Assembly (NCBI RefSeq): GCF_000711695.1
Contig: NW_013547018.1
Span: 1 to 64,000, forward strand
Length of the DNA: 64,000 nt
Origin: Tilletiaria anomala UBC 951
Taxonomy: Eukaryota
Reading direction: 5' to 3'
Part shown: piece after piece, positions 57,630-64,000 of the stretch
Layout: each line of letters begins with the position of its first letter
Position numbering within the stretch: the stretch's first letter is position 1
Translations under genes and position numbers: made by a program
Notes under the pieces: generated by a model
The model's database searches: none
What the model was told of the DNA's origin: nothing
Seen by the model: the letters and a program-made list of their open reading frames with translations, nothing else

Positions 57630-60079
57630 ATGACGGACCTCGCTGAAGCTGGGCCGTCGGCAGCGGCGCAGCACGGCGTGTCGAACGCGACCTCGTCGTC
57701 GGCATCTGGCTCTCAAGCGATGCTGTCACCCAGCAGTGGCCGACGTCTCTCGGGGGGCATCAGCAGCAGTGGCCGTTATGATCCGCTCGCTTTGCGCTGT
57801 AAAGCGGTCACGGGGGCCAAGAGGGACCCGAGGAAGACCATCGAGGCGCTTTCCGACCTCGTCAAGCTATACAGAGCTGCTGGGGGGCAAGCGGGCATGG
57901 CAGCTGGGCCAACTTCAGAGCCGGCCCTAGTACGCCGAGGTAGCAAAGGCAAGGGCATCGCAAATAAGAAGGACCTCTTGGACATTGGCAGTTTTCGCAA
58001 AGACATCGAGCAGACCTTGAATGAATCGATGCAAATGGCCTCGAAGGAATACCTTACCACCCTGCACGGTTTGGTCTCTGTGAGTAGCAGCGCCGCAAGC
58101 CCTCCCGGTAGACTATCAATCTTATCACACGTTACATGACACAGGCACTTGACACACTTGATGACGAGCTCGAGGCTGTGAAGACTTCTTGCGAAGAAAC
58201 TCTGAAGAAATACTCCCTCGCCCGCCAGTCCTCAAAGCATCTATTAGTTCAGACCGAAGGCTTGCAGCAAGATCGCAACGCACTTTCCATGCAGCATGCA
58301 CTCGTCAGTCTCTTCCTCGAGCGATTCACACTCACAGCAGATGAAGAGCTGCTTGTAAGGTCCAAGGATCTGGAAGTCAGCCAGGCTCTCTTCAAAGTGA
58401 TGGATCGGTTAGAGCAGATTCGGAAAGAGGCAAAACTCCTGCTGGGCGGGAGCGTCACCGATGAAGTTTCGACATCTCCTGAAAACGGTAAACGCACTAC
58501 TGGAGCAAGTGGCGGTATACGGGCAGGTATAGATGTGATGGACACGACTGCTTCCCAACTCAATGCCGCATATGCGAAGATTGCTAGATGGCTCTCGTTT
58601 GAATTTCGGCAGCCGGTGCGTGAGGGCATGGAAGTGTCAGCGCGCATGAAACAAGCTGTGCAACGGATCAGCTCAGCAGGAAGGGAGGACCTATTGCGAC
58701 CTGCGCTTGCGACACTTTCTTCCACGCGGGCCTCTTTCCTTTCCACTTCCTTCCAGATGGCCCTCACTGTCGGCGGAGGTCCCCCGAGCAACCTCCCACG
58801 ACCAATAGAGCTGCATGCGCACGACCCGCTTCGATACGTTGGCGACATGCTCGCCTGGGTACATCAGGCGCTCGCTTCAGAGCGTGAGTTCCTGTCAGCC
58901 CTTTTCAGCGAACAGGAAGGCGGGGACGGACGGCGGATAGGACAGCGGCGACGAGGTCTAGAGGGCAGTCTGGACATGCAGCAGAGCCAGGCGGCTGAGC
59001 TGGCACAAGAAGCAAAAGATGGCGCGCAGCGGCTGACTCCAAGCGAGAGGGCCATTCGAGAGATGCTAGACCGGAACCTTGAAGGCTGCTGTCGCCCGCT
59101 ACAAACCCGGATTGTCCAGACCGTCCGGTCGCAAGAAGGCTGCGTTACGACCTTCCGCCTGGCAAATCTGATCGACTTCTACCGCCTCACGATCACGCGT
59201 ACGGTCGGCAGCAAAGCAGCGCTCAGCAGGACTCTGCAAGGCGTCACTACCGCTTCATACGACGCTTTTGGCGTGACGTTGCGCAACCATGCGAGCAGTC
59301 TTACCCGCTATCATGACACTCTGGACCTTTCCCTGAAAATACCACCGCCACTTGCCGGAGCGGGCGTTGCACTCAAGGAGCTTCTCGCAGTCGTGCAGAC
59401 TTCACTTGCTGATGAGCCTGGAGAAGGCGGCGGTCTGCTAGACAAAGAAACGCGGGAACAAGCGCTCCGCCAACTCGATCTCATCTTGAAGGAGCTGGTG
59501 GATGCGATGGTGGCACTGTGTGAGCGCCTGTCCACACAGCTGGTCGAGCGCCGGGTGAAGGGCAAAAGTGAACAAGATGGGAAGTGGGAACAGAGCCTCT
59601 TCCTCTGCAACTGTCTGGAGCATATTCAAAACATCTTGGGCCCGCACGAGCACGTGAAGAACAAGCGGGCACAGCTCAAGACCAATGAAGATGAGAAGAT
59701 GTCTGCACTGGTCGAGGCGCACTACAAGAGTTTGCTGGCCGACTCACACCTCGCACCGCTCATCGAGGCGATAGCAAGCAAGGAGACGGGCGCAGCCTTG
59801 TCGCGTCAACCTCAGGCAAGTCCTGAAGCTGTCTCTTCCGCCTTCAAAGCCTTTGGCAGTTTCCTTGCGTCACCGTCCATTGTGTCCTCGCCGCGACTGG
59901 CCCTGTTAACCTCGCCGACTACGAGGTCCCACGTGCACCAGGCTGCGCTGCAGATGCTGGCAGATGCGTATGCTAACATTGTCCATGCAGTCATGCAGCC
60001 GTCCAACAGGTATGAGTGGAAGGAGACGCTTATTAAACGCAGCGAGGACGAGGTCAGGCTACTTCTCGGTGTGCAATAG
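57630..60079 (+). CDS. COG6: Conserved oligomeric Golgi complex subunit 6 (intron ~58080-58145)
   Basis: FLERFTLTADEE, PRPIELHAHDPLRYVGDMLAWVHQALASEREFLSALF, CRPLQTRI, LANLIDFY, LFLCNCL. Confidence 0.9.
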
Positions 60080-60619
60080 GTCTCCACTCTATCAATGCAT
60101 TCCCCCACTTGCGTGCAGCGTGACGTTTCTCCCTCTTTCTACCGGTAGCGATATTGAATGGAGGCCACGGGCCCCGAACTTCGCCTCGGATCAGAGCAAC
60201 TGCATGCAGCGAAGTTGATGTCCTTCATGGTCATCCGCGAAAACACGTCATGGCTGGAATCAGGACCACAGTGATGTAGATCTCGAAAGTGTTCTCGAAG
60301 GAAGCATACAGCACTCGGACGACGGCTTGATAATAACAAAACGCATGTGTAGTTTGTTGATGTTCTACACTTCTTGACTGAGATATAGAAGATGTTCTAT
60401 CATGCATCTGGCAACCTCCATTCCTCCCCTTGACCAAGTAAGTGTCCTACGGAACCCCTCACTCACCCTTGCGTTGGCCGGACGTACCTGAACTTCGAGC
60501 GGTGTATATGTGGTAGCCCTGACCGACCGAGCCGTACACAAGATGGTGGGTGTGCGAAAGCGAACGGCCGAACGCATGACCTCCACTGACATTGTCACAT
60601 GTCTCATTCCCATCGATCC

Positions 60620-61302
60620 ATGGCTGGTATCCGAAAGGCACGAGCAGCTGCGAAGCGGGTTTCGTCGCAAAATGCCTCGACGCTCGCAACATTGCTCTAT
60701 GGCTTCCTGATCTCGTCAACCATGCACGTGCTTTTCCGCTTTGTGCTGTATCGCTCCACAGCCTCGACTCGACATGTCGTATACTTTGTTCTCACGGAGG
60801 CGTTGGCAGTCGCGCTGTGGCTGCAGTTGCAGAATATGGCCAAGTCGGGCGACGATCTGGCGCAAGGGGGACTGACTGCGTACGTTCGGGTGGAGGGATG
60901 CGAATCCATGTCCAACTCAGTCAACGCTTACCTCTGTCGCTCCCCTCACTACTTGCTCGCCTCACACCCCGCAGGTACATGTTCGATATCATTTATGTCA
61001 CATGGGCTGTCCACGTCCTTTCAGCTGCCATCTCGTCCAAATTCTGGTGGCTGTATATGGCCATACCAGCGTATGCCATCTTTATCCTGTACCGCAAAGC
61101 GCTGGTACCCTTCGTTCTCGGCGGGCGAGATCCGCTCGCTCGCATCTTTAGCGCTTTGCGTGGCGGAAGCGGTAAGAGCAGCAAGGACAGCGGCGCAAAG
61201 GGTCAGGAGGAAGACGCGACACAAGGGATGAGCAAGCGTCAGCAGAAGCTGCAGAAACGGCAGGAGAAGGGTGATCCGCGCGTGCAGGTGCGGCGGCGAT
61301 GA
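60620..61302 (+). CDS. SND2: SND2 / TMEM208 (DUF788) ER targeting protein (intron ~60881-60974)
   Basis: AAAKR..QNASTL, GDDLAQGGLTA|YMFDIIYVTW, SSKFWWLYMAIPAYA, C-terminal SKRQQKLQKR. Confidence 0.85.
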
Positions 61303-61528
61303 GCAGGGCGGTGCTGTTCTTGACCATGGATCCTTCCTTCGCACCGGTGTCTCGTATCACCGTACTCTTGCAATTCCATCGTAATACTCTGATCTGCAGG
61401 CGAACGCTCGCCCCCCTATAGATGGACGTCGAGTCGCAATCATGAGCCTGTACGACAGCGACAGAAGGACAGAAAGGAGATGCTATGCTACATACAGCGG
61501 AGAAAATACGAGGCAGTGTCCTTCACAT

Positions 61529-63201
61529 TCACAAACGCGACTTGAACCAGGCAAACGGTGCAGGTTTAGTCTCATGCCACGTGTGCTTCGTCTCAATGTA
61601 CTCCTCGAGGCCCTTGCACCCGAGCTCACGACCGTTGCCGCTCATGCCAAAGCCACCCCATTCGGCGGCGGCGGTGTAGCTGCCATAAGTGTTGATCCAC
61701 ACGGTGCCGTGGCGCAACTTGGCGGCGAACCGGCGCGCGCGCGCAACGTCGGCGGACAGGACGCCTCCAGCTAGGCCGTAACGCGTGTCGTTCGCCAGCG
61801 CCAGCGCCGTCGCCTCGTCGCCCGCGCGGAAGCGCTCGACGGTGAGGATCGGCCCGAACGTCTCGGCTTGCACGAGTTGCATGCTGCGGTCGCAGTGGTC
61901 GAAGACGGTCGGGAGGAAGAAGCAGCCCTTAGCGAGATGCGGGAATCGGCGCGGGTCCGGCGGGCTGCCGCCAACGAGTAGTTTGGCGCCTTCTTTCTTG
62001 CCGAGCTCGACAAACGCCTGAATCTTCCTAGCGTGCTCGGCGCTAACGAGCGGGCCAGTCTCGCTGGCGGGGTCGAGGCCGTCGCCCATGCGGACGTTGC
62101 GCGCCTTGTCAACAACCTTGGCGACGAGCGCGTCGGCGATGCTCTCGTCGACGATCAGACGCGCGCCGCTCGAGCACACCTGGCCCGAGTGAAGGAAGCA
62201 CGCGGTCGCAACGATGTCGGCGGCCCAGTCGAGACCCATGCCGCTCCGCTCGGCCTGTGCGCCTGCTACGTCGGCAAAGACGACGTGCGGGTTCTTGCCG
62301 CCGAGCTCGACGCAGCAGCGCTTGACGCCCGCGGCGCAGCTGGCGATAATGCGCGTCCCTGTCGCGAGACCGCCGGTGAACGAAACCAGGTCAACATCCG
62401 CATGCGTCGTGAGCGCGTCGCCGATTGTAGCGCCGGACGCAGTCAACAGCTGGATCGCGCCAGCGGGGATGCCGACGGAGGCGTCGAGTAGGATTTTGCG
62501 CACGAGGTAGATCGTCGACAGCGGCGTCACTTCGGACGGCTTGATGATCACCGGGTTGCCTGCCGCTAGCGCCGGCGCAAGCTTCCAGCAGACTTGCAGG
62601 ATCGGCTAGTGCGGAGATAGCACAAGTAGGAGCGTGCTTGCAGTCAGCGTGGGGCAAAGTCACGCCGATGCAGAGCACGCCTAAGACGACTCACGTAGTT
62701 CCAGGGCGTGATCAGCACGCATACACCAACCGGTTCGTGCGAGATGACACTGTTGGCGCTTTCAGGGATGGCGTCATGCTTGACCTGCTTGGGCTGGTCC
62801 AGCTTGCGCGCCTCCTGCGCGTAGAAGCGAAAGACGGTGGTGACGTCGTCGACGTCGACCTTGCTCTCCTCGAGCGTCTTGCCCGTATCGATCGTCTCGA
62901 CGCGCGCCAGCTCATCCTTGTGCTGCTGCAGCAGTGTGGCGATGCGCTCAAGGCTCTCGCAGCGCGCGCCGAACGTTGTGCGCGTATGGTCCGACCAGAC
63001 GTGCGTGTTGAAGAAGGCGCGCGCGGAGCTCACCGCGCGCTCAGCATCGCCGACGGACGCCTCGGACACGTGCTGGATCACTGAGTTGTCCACCGGGTTG
63101 ATCGTCGCACGCCGTGCGCCCGACGATGAGGGCACCCACTCGCCGGCGATGAAGAGCGTCGGCTCGGCGACAGCCGGGCAGAGCGCGTGCGAGGTGCTCA
63201 T
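61529..63201 (-). CDS. Betaine aldehyde dehydrogenase (ALDH), C-terminal SRL; intron ~62606-62696; possible upstream exon 63619-63813
   Basis: ITPWNY|PILQVCWKLAPALAAGN, IKPSEVTPL, FTGGLATG, ELGGKNP, catalytic FLHSGQVCSSG, ETFGP, AEWGGFGMSGNGRELG. Confidence 0.85.
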
Positions 63202-64000
63202 ATTGCGTGGACAGGGGCGCTGTGATGCGGAGCTCCAGCACAATGTGCGATTCTCCGATAGATGTGGCACAAGGAGGGAGGCGATCTGACAGTGTGCAAG
63301 CAGATTGCAGGCGTCAGCAATGCTTACATCTGGCATGCAGGAATCCAAGAAAAGAGTGCAGGCCCAGGCGGAGTTGTCGATCCCAAGGCGTCGTTCGTGT
63401 CAGAGTGTGATTAATCATGTTTTCCTCAATGCCACTTTTGGTAGCAGGTAGGAGTTGGATTGTTCAATGTAATAAGAATTGTCTCATCTTTCGGCCATCC
63501 CATCCCTCTCTTTCCATGCTGTCCTCCTGGCCCTTGTCGTAAGCTCATGCTACATCCCCGTTTCGGCGGGCAGCGCTGTCATCCCCGAGTGAGGAGGCGC
63601 GTGTCAAGTGCTACTCACCCTGTGCGTCTGCGAGCGACCGAGAAATGAAGCTGTGCTGGTTGGGTGTTGCCTTTTGCGTTTACCGCCCGCAGGATACGCA
63701 CTTGGCCCACTGCTGACGGCGCCAGAGGCAACGACCACTCGGCGGAGATTGGCAGAGACCAACAGAGAGGGATGAGGCTGACGAGTTGGGACAGCACTGC
63801 GGAGCAGGCGCATCGACCGGGCTCGCGCAGACTCTAGCGATGGCCTGGAATCAAGCAGGCTTCCTCTCCTTTTCCTCAGTTTGGGGCATGGTCGGTCAGG
63901 GAAATGTTGTTGGCGACGGGTATGAGCTGATGTAGCTGCTTGCGACCACGACGGCGATGGCGATGGGGGCGACTTGGGTGGTGCTGCGTTTGTCCAGCGA

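Noticed and set aside
60270..60382. Possible C/D snoRNA (GTGATGT...CTGA) with a GTGTAG/CTACAC hairpin between COG6 and SND2
   Set aside because: Imperfect C box and no identifiable guide sequence.
7868..61302. Apparent ER/secretory cluster (CCDC47, SCAP, UFD1, GPI1, COG6, SND2) or genome-maintenance cluster (CDT2, RNF212-like, RecQ)
   Set aside because: The genes are widely spaced among unrelated housekeeping genes, which is expected by chance in a compact genome.
1..64000. TGA-CTA stop-readthrough peroxisomal extensions; tRNA, rRNA, CRISPR or telomeric arrays
   Set aside because: None of the stop codons I inspected is followed by CTA, and no such RNA genes or arrays were visible by eye.

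Overview
Gene-dense, intron-containing eukaryotic DNA from a basidiomycete fungus, most likely a smut-like Ustilaginomycotina species (inferred from short GT-AG introns with CTRAC/CTAAC branch sites, gene content and protein style). From ~7.8 kb to the end the window holds about 20 mostly housekeeping genes: DUF1682/CCDC47, NUP133, TRM140/METTL6, MGR2, an SSU1/SLAC1-family transporter, CDT2, SCAP, a RNF212/Zip3-like RING protein, UFD1, CCT4, RPS1, an FHA-forkhead factor, a RECQ1-like helicase, CET1, a secreted GH5, GPI1, a divergent mitochondrial-carrier-like protein, ketopantoate reductase, COG6, SND2 and betaine aldehyde dehydrogenase. The first ~7.7 kb is an accessory island. It contains a convergent stress-gene pair (hemerythrin/HHE protein and Con-10/KGG protein) among decayed transposon pieces: a gag zinc knuckle, a pogo-like HTH, and a ~3 kb relic with a dead Ulp1-type protease and CACT-starting imperfect ends. 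Best leads are the Ulp1 relic, a BADH with a PTS1 plus a possible spliced-in mitochondrial-type presequence, a PTS1-bearing ketopantoate reductase, micro-exons in the RNF212-like gene, and a long structured 5'-UTR intron in RPS1. I found no rRNA, tRNA or CRISPR features and no clearly new multi-gene system. All calls come from motif recognition by eye; no database searches were run.
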